Positions 6,874 to 14,629 of a DNA stretch of 24,000 nt are shown here, piece by piece. Both the position numbers and the translations under genes were made by a program. Under the pieces are notes generated by a model that was not told where the DNA came from, searched no databases, and was given only the letters and a program-made list of their open reading frames with translations. The stretch's first letter is position 1, and each line of letters begins with the position of its first letter. The stretch comes from Stellaceae bacterium. GTDB lineage: Bacteria > Pseudomonadota > Alphaproteobacteria > ATCC43930 > CGMCC-115725. The stretch spans positions 1 through 24,000 of the forward strand of contig DATJJW010000061.1 in NCBI GenBank assembly GCA_035491935.1, read 5' to 3'.

Positions 6874-7632
6874 ATGAGAATAAGCCATGCTCTCTATCCC
6901 GCGGTCGCAGCGTTATCCCTGTTGGTGATGCGCGACGCCTATGCGGATGTTCCAGGCAGATCCGGCCCGGCGCCCAAAGCCGTCGATCTCTTCGACTATT
7001 ACGCGCCCGGTGTCGTTCCCGGGCCGAAGGCGAGCGTCCATGAGGCCGCGGCGAGTACCCGGTTATCCGTCCAGCCGGCGCCTGTCCAGTCGGTGTTTGC
7101 CCAGTCAGCGCCCGTCCAGTCAGCGCCCGTCCAGGCAACACCTGCCCAATCGGCACCCATCCAATTGGCGATGGCGAACGAGATACCGGCCGACCAGCTG
7201 GGCGATATCCGTGGCGGCTTCTCCCTGCCCAGCGGCATGGAGATCAGCTTCGGCTTCGACATCGCCACACGGGTCGGCGGCGATGTCGTGCAGCAATTGA
7301 GCGTGCCGATGACGAATGTGCCGGGCACGGGTTCCTCGGTGCCGCTATCCGTGCTGTCGCAGGGGGCGTCGAGCTCCGTTCAGCTCTCGCTTGGCTCCGC
7401 GGCGCCCGTATCGGTGTCCTCGCTCGCCAATACCGGCCTCACCTCGATCACCACCACGCTGGGTGCCGGCGGGATCTCGTCGCTCATCCAGAACCAGGCG
7501 AACGGTCAGGTCATCCAGCAGACCCGCGTGCTCGACGTGTCGATCAGCGGGCTTACGCAATCCCTGGCACAGCAGGCCGCGCACACCATGATGGTCAATG
7601 CGCTCGCGGCCGCTTCCATGCCGCGTCATTGA
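6874..7632 (+). CDS. Secreted protein of unknown function with a Pro/Gln/Ala/Ser low-complexity region and an internal IRGG double-glycine motif
   Basis: Signal peptide MRISHALYPAVAALSLLVMRDAYA|DVPG; SAPVQSAPVQATPAQSAP; ADQLGDIRGGFSLPSGMEISFGFD. Start is 14 nt after the C39 gene end. Confidence 0.75.
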   Translation: MRISHALYPAVAALSLLVMRDAYADVPGRSGPAPKAVDLFDYYAPGVVPGPKASVHEAAASTRLSVQPAPVQSVFAQSAPVQSAPVQATPAQSAPIQLAMANEIPADQLGDIRGGFSLPSGMEISFGFDIATRVGGDVVQQLSVPMTNVPGTGSSVPLSVLSQGASSSVQLSLGSAAPVSVSSLANTGLTSITTTLGAGGISSLIQNQANGQVIQQTRVLDVSISGLTQSLAQQAAHTMMVNALAAASMPRH

Positions 7633-7640
7633 GGGACGAG

Positions 7641-7961
7641 ATGCAGCGCTTTCCGTACATTTCCAAATACGCCGCCAGGTGGGTCGCCCGCCTGACGCTC
7701 GGCCTGCTTTGCCTGTTGCCGTTCCAGCCGGCAAGGGCGGCGGATGGCGTGGTCGAAGTCGCCACGCCGGTGATGCCGATAACCGACAAGCCGGTGCCTG
7801 TCGAAGACCTGGCAGGACAGGCCGCGCGCGGTACCCCGCCGGGCCTGCCGGTCCTGCAGGAGAAACCCAAGCCGACCATCCGGCTCTGGGATGAAGTGAG
7901 TATTAGCCACGCCCTACCCAATCAGGGTACCATCAATTCAACAACGATGACGGTCCATTAA
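7641..7961 (+). CDS. Small secreted hypothetical protein in the amyloid-like operon
   Basis: Signal-like LTLGLLCLLPFQPARA|ADGV; C-terminus GTINSTTMTVH. ATG 7641 with gaggga RBS, although TTG 7629 is possible. Confidence 0.65.
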   Translation: MQRFPYISKYAARWVARLTLGLLCLLPFQPARAADGVVEVATPVMPITDKPVPVEDLAGQAARGTPPGLPVLQEKPKPTIRLWDEVSISHALPNQGTINSTTMTVH

Positions 7962-7982
7962 GATCGTAGAGGAACCTTGGCC

Positions 7983-8483
7983 ATGATTACGACGAACATC
8001 TGGCGTTTCGCGGCAATCACTGGACTTTTCCTGCTCTGCCAATGCTCTGAGCAGAGCCAGCAAGCAAACAGCGGGCGCATCGCCGCCCCATCATCCAACG
8101 CAGCGAAGATATCGGATCCGTCCGGGCCGAGCCTGCTCCAAGAGCGCGGCAGCAAGCTCGCCATCGGCGAATATCGTCTCCTGGTCACGGGCAACACCTT
8201 GTTCCGGCCGTTGGCCAGCGGCGGCGAGACGGCGATCTACATCGCCCCCGATGGCGACCAGAAGATGCTGCTGCGCACCGCCGACGGGCGCAGCGGTACC
8301 GATAACGGACATCAGACCGAGCGCGGTTCGCTGGCCTGCTGGCAGTGGCAAAAGGCCGGTGCGGGCAGGATTCTGTGCTTCCAGCCCTATTGGAACGGCA
8401 GGGTTCTGACCATGGTGGAAACTTCGGGGGCCGTACAGCCAGCCCAATTCGTTGTCCAGAAGGGCAATTCAGCGTCTCTTTGA
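7983..8483 (+). CDS. Small exported hypothetical protein (possible lipoprotein; Cys-containing signal region non-canonical)
   Basis: MITTNIWRFAAITGLFLLCQCSEQSQQ..., with later ACWQWQKAGAGRILCFQPYWNGR. ATG 7983 with upstream gaggaac. Confidence 0.6.
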   Translation: MITTNIWRFAAITGLFLLCQCSEQSQQANSGRIAAPSSNAAKISDPSGPSLLQERGSKLAIGEYRLLVTGNTLFRPLASGGETAIYIAPDGDQKMLLRTADGRSGTDNGHQTERGSLACWQWQKAGAGRILCFQPYWNGRVLTMVETSGAVQPAQFVVQKGNSASL

Positions 8484-8583
8484 ACTGATTTCCGGGGCAC
8501 GTCAAACAGCCGAAATCGATGCCTACTGGGGATGGGTGACGTCTTCACGCCATTCCGCCAGATCGAGCGTTGGGGGAACAGTG

Positions 8584-9996
8584 ATGGGCAAGAAAATTCA
8601 CCGTTGGGCCACCTTTGTCCTTCTGGTCGCTGCCGAGCTTCCTTGGGCGGGAGCGGCGTCGGCACAGGCCGTGACGGCGAAGGATTTCGACGAGCTGCGC
8701 ACGCTGCTGCGTCGCCAGCAGCGCCAGATCGACCAGCAGGCCCAGCAGTTGCACGAGCAATCGAACGAGCTAAGGGCGCAAACCCGTCAGATCCAGGCGC
8801 AGCGGCGCCAGCTCGACCAGTTGCAGGGGCACCCGAATGCCCAGGGGCGGAAAAGACTGGCGGGTTCGACGGGCACGGCGGTGGTGGCAGCTCCCGTCGT
8901 ATCGCCGTCCCCGCAGGCCGCCACGCCGCAACCATCTGCCGAGGTGGTGCGTGCCCAAGTGGCCGAGAACCCGGAGGTTGCCCGCGAACGCGAGCGCGAG
9001 CAGCAGAACCGCATCGCCCAGACCAATACCAGCCTGGCGCGCACCGGCGGCGTGCTGACCCAGAAGGGGACTTTGCTGATCGAGCCGTCGCTCGAATACG
9101 ATTACCAATCGCAGCGTCAGGCCGTGGTGAGCGGTTTCACCATCATTCCCGGCATCACCTTCGGCAACATCAACATCACCAAGACGCAGCAGAGCACCCT
9201 GACCCAGGCGATGACGTTCCGCTACGGGGTGACCGACCGGCTGGAGCTTAATGTCCGCGTGCCCTTCGTCTATACGACGGCGTCGACCACCACCGGCAAT
9301 ATCACCCAGAACGCGCAACCGATCACGGTGCAGTCCGAAGGGCATTCGCTGGGCGACGTGGAATTCGGCGGCAGCTACCAGATCAATTCCGGTCAGCAGG
9401 GATGGCCGATCTTCGTCGGTAATCTGCGGGTAAAGACGATCACCGGGCGCGACCCCTTTTCCGTGCCGATCTACACGATCAACGATCCGAACGGTGCGTT
9501 CCTGCAGGGTATCCAGAAGGAGACGCCGACGGGCACCGGCTTCTATTCGGTCGAGCCGAGCATGACGGTGCTGTATCCGAGCGACCCGATCATCCTGTTC
9601 GGCAATCTGCGCTACATCCACAACATACCGCGCACCGTCAACGTCCAAAGCAGCACCGGCGACGCGCCGACGCCGACCAGCCTGCATCCCGGCGACGGCA
9701 TCGGCGCCAATTTCGGCTTAGGTTTCGCCTTCAACGAGAAAGCGTCGCTCAGCCTGAGCTATGAGGAAGTGCATGTCTTCAATTCGTCGAGCAACCACGT
9801 GTCGATCGGCGGGTCCAGCTATGATTTGGGAACACTCAATTTCGGCCTCGGCTATCAGCTCACGCCGAAGGTCAGCGTGAATCTCAGTGCCGGGATCGGC
9901 GTCACGCCTGATACCCCGGCGGCCAAGATCCTGCTCTCCGTCCCGGTCCACCTGCCCCTGTTCGGGCCGGCGGTGGGCGCCAATCATTCGTCCTGA
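8584..9996 (+). CDS. Outer-membrane beta-barrel protein with an N-terminal coiled coil, FapF-like transporter candidate
   Basis: Signal peptide ...WAGAASA|QAV; coiled coil RRQQRQIDQQAQQLHEQSNELRAQTRQIQAQRRQLDQLQ; alternating beta-strand pattern from about residue 155 (GTLLIEPSLEYDYQSQ...FRYGVTDRLELNVRVPFVYTTAS...). The tool ORF start at 8452 overlaps the previous gene; ATG 8584 is preferred. Confidence 0.8.
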   Translation: MGKKIHRWATFVLLVAAELPWAGAASAQAVTAKDFDELRTLLRRQQRQIDQQAQQLHEQSNELRAQTRQIQAQRRQLDQLQGHPNAQGRKRLAGSTGTAVVAAPVVSPSPQAATPQPSAEVVRAQVAENPEVAREREREQQNRIAQTNTSLARTGGVLTQKGTLLIEPSLEYDYQSQRQAVVSGFTIIPGITFGNINITKTQQSTLTQAMTFRYGVTDRLELNVRVPFVYTTASTTTGNITQNAQPITVQSEGHSLGDVEFGGSYQINSGQQGWPIFVGNLRVKTITGRDPFSVPIYTINDPNGAFLQGIQKETPTGTGFYSVEPSMTVLYPSDPIILFGNLRYIHNIPRTVNVQSSTGDAPTPTSLHPGDGIGANFGLGFAFNEKASLSLSYEEVHVFNSSSNHVSIGGSSYDLGTLNFGLGYQLTPKVSVNLSAGIGVTPDTPAAKILLSVPVHLPLFGPAVGANHSS

Positions 9997-10023
9997 TTTC
10001 AACGTCATCCGAGGAGCGATGCC

Positions 10024-10512
10024 ATGCCCGTTCATCATGACAATGCAGATATCGGCGACAGCACGATCTCCAGTAGTTGGCGACGCGCAAGGCGGCGACG
10101 CCTGCGCATCCTGCTCGCCGATGGCGATCTCGTTCACATGGAACTGCTCAGCATGATGCTCGAGCCCGATCATGCCGTGATCGGCGCGCTGGCCGAAGGG
10201 GCCTATGTCGTCGAGATGATCGCGCGGGCGAAGCCCGATATCGCCATCATCGACATCGGCATGCCCGGTTTCCGAGGTATAGCGGCGACGTGGCGTCTCC
10301 AGCAGATCGCCCCCGAGACGAAGCTGGTCGTCCTGACGACGGATGCCAGGTTCGAATGCATCCGCGGCGTCCTCAGTGCCGGTGCGATGGCCTATCTGGT
10401 CAAGCCGGTGTCGGTCGCGGAACTGCACAAGGCCATCGCTTTCGTCGCGCAAGGCGGAAAATATCTGCCGGCCTCGATCGCCGGGGGGAAGCCGGACATC
10501 CTCATGCAGTAG
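10024..10512 (+). CDS. Single-domain (receiver-only) response regulator
   Basis: RILLADGDLVHMELL, phospho-acceptor region IAIIDIGMPG, VVLTTD, YLVKPVS. The protein ends right after the receiver domain, with no HTH. Confidence 0.85.
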   Translation: MPVHHDNADIGDSTISSSWRRARRRRLRILLADGDLVHMELLSMMLEPDHAVIGALAEGAYVVEMIARAKPDIAIIDIGMPGFRGIAATWRLQQIAPETKLVVLTTDARFECIRGVLSAGAMAYLVKPVSVAELHKAIAFVAQGGKYLPASIAGGKPDILMQ

Positions 10513-10555
10513 GCATGCCGGTCAGACGAAAAAGCTTGAAATCCAAAGATATATC

Positions 10556-11302
10556 ATGTGCGCCACCGAGCAAGAGGACGGGGCGGCCACGGAGGATACC
10601 CGCAGCAGAGCGGCCCGTGCCGCCGAAGCGCGTGTCCTGCCCGCGGCCGTACGAAGGCTTGCGGATGATCTGGGGGCTTCCCGCGAACGGACATCCCATG
10701 TCCTGATGCTGCAGAAGGGGCAGGTGCTGCTGATGCGGCGCTTTTCCCCGGTGACATTCGCGGCGATCGAGAAGGTTGGCGTCTCGGCGCCGGCTTTCAC
10801 CTGGAAATCGCGATACCGGTGGTTCGGTTTCCCGATCGGCGCCATCCACGAATACTTCACGCCCCTGTCGGCGGGCCGTTCGATACGGGCCGGCTGGTCG
10901 GAGAGCGTCGTCGATACCCAGGAGCAGGACGAGCAATGGGCCGCTGCGGCCCTGAGGTACCTGGCCGAACTCCCCTGGCATGCCGACAGCATCGTCTTCA
11001 ACGACGCCATCATCTGGGATGTCCGGGGGCGCGGCAGGATCCGCGCCGCCCTCCGCTACGGCGAGAATCTCGCAAAGGTCGCGATCGACCTGTCCGCCGA
11101 TGGCGCCGTGGCCCGCATTCGCGCCAATCGTCCGGTAGCAACGAAGAATGGCTTCCAGTCGCGGGCCTGGGCCATGGAATTCAGCGCCTATCGTCTTTTC
11201 GAGACCCGATGGGTCCCGACGCTCGCGGAAGTGTCGTGGGAGGATGGGAACAAACGTCAGATCTATCGGCGCATCGAGGTCGAGGATTGGACGTGTCGAT
11301 GA
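10556..11302 (+). CDS. Conserved hypothetical protein, resembles the DUF6544/DUF6920 family
   Basis: LPAAVRRLADDLGASRERTSHVLMLQKGQVLLMRR...FSPVTFAAIEKVGVSAPAFTWKSRY. Family recalled from motif pattern, not searched. ATG 10556 chosen. Confidence 0.55.
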   Translation: MCATEQEDGAATEDTRSRAARAAEARVLPAAVRRLADDLGASRERTSHVLMLQKGQVLLMRRFSPVTFAAIEKVGVSAPAFTWKSRYRWFGFPIGAIHEYFTPLSAGRSIRAGWSESVVDTQEQDEQWAAAALRYLAELPWHADSIVFNDAIIWDVRGRGRIRAALRYGENLAKVAIDLSADGAVARIRANRPVATKNGFQSRAWAMEFSAYRLFETRWVPTLAEVSWEDGNKRQIYRRIEVEDWTCR

Positions 11303-11355
11303 TGGCGACCACCTCGTATCGGCGGCGCTGATTGCCGGTCTGTCACCGGGGCGGA

Positions 11356-12330
11356 TCACTGGGCCGGGACCAGGGCCTTGATGCTGGCCTGCGCCGGATC
11401 GTCGAACGGTGCCTCGGGCAAGGGCCGCCGTGTCGGGACGGGCAGGGGTTCGCCCTGCGCGCAATCGATGAAAAGGCGCAGAGCGGACGACACGAAGCTG
11501 TCCTTGCGGTGGACGAACATGGTCACCGCCTTGGCGATGCCGGCGGGCAGGGTATGGGCGTGGACGCGCCCCTGGTGTTCCGCCGCGGCGACCACGGCAC
11601 GCGGCAGCAAGCTGACGCCGAGGCCGGCGGCGATGCAGCCGATGATGCCGTCGAGCGTGCCCATCTCCATCCGGCGCACATCGACGAAACCTTCCCGGGC
11701 GAGATACTCCAGGGTTCGCTGCCGATAGGAGCAGCCGGCCCGGAAGACGATGACCTTGCGGTTGCCGTTCGAGGCGAAATATTCCGTGACTTGCCGCGGC
11801 GTCCTGATCTGGGGCGGCGTCACCAGCACCAATTCTTCCTCGACGACGGGCAACGCTTCCAGATCGGCGTGGGCGACCGGTCCGGCGACGAAGGCGCCAT
11901 CCAGCCGGCGGGCCAGCACGCTCTCGATCAGCGGCTCGGTCGGCCCGCTCTCGATCTGCAGATCGACGGCGGGGCAGCGATCGGTATAGGCGGTCAGGAT
12001 CGGCGGCAGCCGCAGCGCCGCCGTCGTCTCCAGCGAGCCAATGCGCAATTCGCCGCCAGGGGCCGCCTCATCTCGAACCACCCGCCGGACCTCATCCAGT
12101 AGCTCATGGATGCGCAAGGCATAGGGTAGCAGACGGCCGCCCATCGCGGTGAGGGTGACGCCGCGCTTCGAGCGATGGAAGAGTTGGGCCCCGAGTTCAC
12201 GTTCGAGGCCGCGGATGCGCTGGGTCACGTTCGACTGCACCGTGTGCAGGTCATGCGCGGCGCGGCCGATGCCGCCGGCATTTGCCACTGCCAGGAAGAA
12301 GCCGAGATCGGTGCTGTCCATGGATGTCAT
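11356..12330 (-). CDS. LysR-family transcriptional regulator
   Basis: N-terminal HTH MDSTDLGFFLAVANAGGIGRAAHDLHTVQSNVTQRIRGLERELGAQLFHRSKRGVTLTAMG, with an effector-binding domain. The start could be the internal Met at 12321. Confidence 0.93.
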   Translation of the reverse strand: MTSMDSTDLGFFLAVANAGGIGRAAHDLHTVQSNVTQRIRGLERELGAQLFHRSKRGVTLTAMGGRLLPYALRIHELLDEVRRVVRDEAAPGGELRIGSLETTAALRLPPILTAYTDRCPAVDLQIESGPTEPLIESVLARRLDGAFVAGPVAHADLEALPVVEEELVLVTPPQIRTPRQVTEYFASNGNRKVIVFRAGCSYRQRTLEYLAREGFVDVRRMEMGTLDGIIGCIAAGLGVSLLPRAVVAAAEHQGRVHAHTLPAGIAKAVTMFVHRKDSFVSSALRLFIDCAQGEPLPVPTRRPLPEAPFDDPAQASIKALVPAQ

Positions 12331-12340
12331 CTTTCGTAGA

Positions 12341-12353
12341 GATGAGCTTCATC
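12341..12353. promoter_or_regulatory. Dyad GATGA-gct-TCATC in the LysR / reductase divergent intergenic region
   Basis: Short perfect dyad immediately upstream of the LysR start, in a place typical for an autoregulatory LTTR site. Confidence 0.3.
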
Positions 12354-12464
12354 AGAAATGATCACTTTTCTGCTGTCAATGGCCGCCCTAGTGTCGGGCC
12401 TGGCACGTCATGAAAGGCGGGACGAACCGCGGCCTCCTGGGGGCGTATTGGGAAGGAAGATGTT

Positions 12465-13409
12465 GTGAGCAACCCGAAGATCCTGGTGTTGGGTGTCGGC
12501 GGTATCGGCGGTTATTTCGGCGGCCGTCTGGTGGAGGCGGGGGCGGATGTGACCTTCCTCGTGCGCGAAGAGCGCAGCAAGCAGCTGGCCGAACGCGGCT
12601 TGCGCATCGAGAGCCCGTTCGGCGACGCTCGGCTGAAGGTGAAGACCCTACTCGCCGCGGAGGTTAAGCCGAGCTACGACGCGGTCCTGCTGACCTGCAA
12701 GGCTTATGACCTCGACGGCGCGGTCGCGGCCATCGCGCCCGCGGTGGCACCGACAGGCTATGTGCTGCCGTTCCTCAACGGCATCGCGCATATGGATGTG
12801 CTGAATGCCCAGTTCGGGCCCGCCCGCGTGCTCGGCGGTACGGCGAAGATCCAGTCAACGCTCACGGGCGATGGCGCGATCAAGCAGTTCAACGATTGGC
12901 GCACCTTGGCCTTTGGCGAGCAGACAGGCGAGATGACGGAGCGGGTCAAGACCCTGGCCGCCTTGTTCGCGGCCGCCAAAGGCGTCGAGGCCTTGGCCGT
13001 CCCCGACATCGTGCAGCGCATGTGGGAGAAGCTGGTCCATCTCTCGACCGCAGCGACCATGACCTGCCTGATGCGGGCGAATGTCGGCGAGATCCTGCAC
13101 ACCCCCGATGGGCAGGAGCTGTTCCTCGAGCAGCTTCATACCGCTGCCTCCATCGCGGCCGCCCATGGCCACCGGCCGAGCGATGCCTTCATGAAGCTGT
13201 GGGTCGAGACCTTCTCCCAACAGGATTCGCAGTATTCGACATCCATGCTCCGCGACATCGAGCGCGGCAGTCGGACCGAGGTCGAGCACATCCTGGGCTA
13301 CATGCTGCAAAAGGCGCGCGAGGCCGATGTACCGCATCACACGCTGTTGCTGGCCTACACCCACATCAAGGCCTATGAGCAGAGACGGGCGGCCAACCGC
13401 CTGCCGTGA
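12465..13409 (+). CDS. 2-dehydropantoate 2-reductase (ketopantoate reductase) family protein
   Basis: GTG start; Rossmann motif KILVLGVGGIGGYFGGRLVEAGADVTFLVR; C-terminal domain KLVHLSTAATMTCLMRANVGEI, with S-M-L-R-D-I-E-R-G motif. Confidence 0.88.
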   Translation: MSNPKILVLGVGGIGGYFGGRLVEAGADVTFLVREERSKQLAERGLRIESPFGDARLKVKTLLAAEVKPSYDAVLLTCKAYDLDGAVAAIAPAVAPTGYVLPFLNGIAHMDVLNAQFGPARVLGGTAKIQSTLTGDGAIKQFNDWRTLAFGEQTGEMTERVKTLAALFAAAKGVEALAVPDIVQRMWEKLVHLSTAATMTCLMRANVGEILHTPDGQELFLEQLHTAASIAAAHGHRPSDAFMKLWVETFSQQDSQYSTSMLRDIERGSRTEVEHILGYMLQKAREADVPHHTLLLAYTHIKAYEQRRAANRLP

Positions 13410-13454
13410 GCCCGCAAGCCCGTTCGATGGCCCGTTCGATGGAGAGGTGAAGCC

Positions 13455-14579
13455 ATGGCTGGTCCTATATCCGCTGCCCCAATGCACCCCAGCTTGTATT
13501 CGACGCTGCGTTCGGTCAGGACGCGCGGCGTCCGCGTGCCGCTGACCTTCGCGCTCGGCACCAGCGCTGCGGTCGTCACCGCAGTCCCGCTCCTGCTGGT
13601 CGATCTCGAGACCGAGGCAGGGATGACGGGCCGGAGCTACCTCTTCTGCTACACGCCCTCGGGCGCCCGTGCGATCGCCGGCCATATCCATGAAGCGGTC
13701 GAACTGGTGCGCGGCGAGCCCACGACAGCGCTCGATCTCGCGCGCCGGCTGCAGCGGCGCTTTGCCCTTCTTGGCGTGACCGGCACCGTCCGCATGGCGC
13801 TATCGGCCCTGGACATGGCGCTTTGGGATGCGATGGCGCAGGCGGCGGGGCAGCCGCTATCAATCTTATTGGGTGCCGCGCCCCGGCCGCTGCCGGCCTA
13901 TGACAGCCGCGGCCTTGGATTGATGCCGCCGGCCAAGCTGGCGGATGAAGCGGAACAGTTGCTGGCCAAGGGGCTGAAGGCGCTGAAGCTGCGCCTGGGC
14001 CACGAGACGCTGGCGCAGGATTTGGCGGCGCTCGACGCGGTGCGCCGCCGGATCGGCCCCGAAATCGCGATCATGGTCGACTACAACCAGGCGCTGACGC
14101 CGGCGGAGGCGATGGCGCGTGGCCGGGCACTCGACGATCGCGGCGTCGTCTGGCTGGAGGAGCCGATCGCGCATGACGACTACCGCAGCTACGCCCGGCT
14201 CGCCGAGGCGCTGCGCATGCCGGTCCAGATCGGCGAGAATTTCAACGGCGCGGAAGGCCTGCTTCAGGCGTTGGAGGCCCGTGCCTGCGACCTGATGATG
14301 CCGGATGTCGCGCGGATCGGCGGCGTCACCGGTTGGATGCAGGCCGCAGGAATCGCGGCGGCGGCCGGGATCGAACTCTCCTCGCATCTCATGCCCGAGG
14401 TCAGCGCCCAGCTCCTTTGCGCCACACCTACGCGGCATTGGCTGGAATATGTCGACTGGGCCGATGGCTTCATGGAGGAGCCGCTGCAGATCGTCGACGG
14501 CATGGCCGTGCCGTCCGCAGCACCGGGATCGGGGCTTAAATGGGATGAGGGCCGGGTGGCGCGGCTGGAGACCCTCTGA
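13455..14579 (+). CDS. Enolase superfamily protein closely resembling mandelate racemase
   Basis: IMVDYNQAL, WLEEP, VQIGENFNG, MPDVARIGGVTGW, SSHLMPEVSAQLL, HWLEYVD align with the metal ligands and His-Asp dyad of mandelate racemase. Known reference sequence recalled from memory. Confidence 0.9.
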   Translation: MAGPISAAPMHPSLYSTLRSVRTRGVRVPLTFALGTSAAVVTAVPLLLVDLETEAGMTGRSYLFCYTPSGARAIAGHIHEAVELVRGEPTTALDLARRLQRRFALLGVTGTVRMALSALDMALWDAMAQAAGQPLSILLGAAPRPLPAYDSRGLGLMPPAKLADEAEQLLAKGLKALKLRLGHETLAQDLAALDAVRRRIGPEIAIMVDYNQALTPAEAMARGRALDDRGVVWLEEPIAHDDYRSYARLAEALRMPVQIGENFNGAEGLLQALEARACDLMMPDVARIGGVTGWMQAAGIAAAAGIELSSHLMPEVSAQLLCATPTRHWLEYVDWADGFMEEPLQIVDGMAVPSAAPGSGLKWDEGRVARLETL

Positions 14580-14629
14580 GCCGCCGCTTCATTCTTTTTC
14601 AACCGGTTGGGGCCAAGCCTAGCCGGGCT

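Noticed and set aside
8452-8583. Upstream extension of the barrel protein
   Set aside because: Overlaps the preceding gene and hides the MGKKIHRWATFVLLVAAELPWAGAASA signal peptide starting at 8584.
11332-12102. 256-aa plus-strand ORF opposite the LysR gene
   Set aside because: Antisense shadow; the minus-strand LysR product is complete and coherent.
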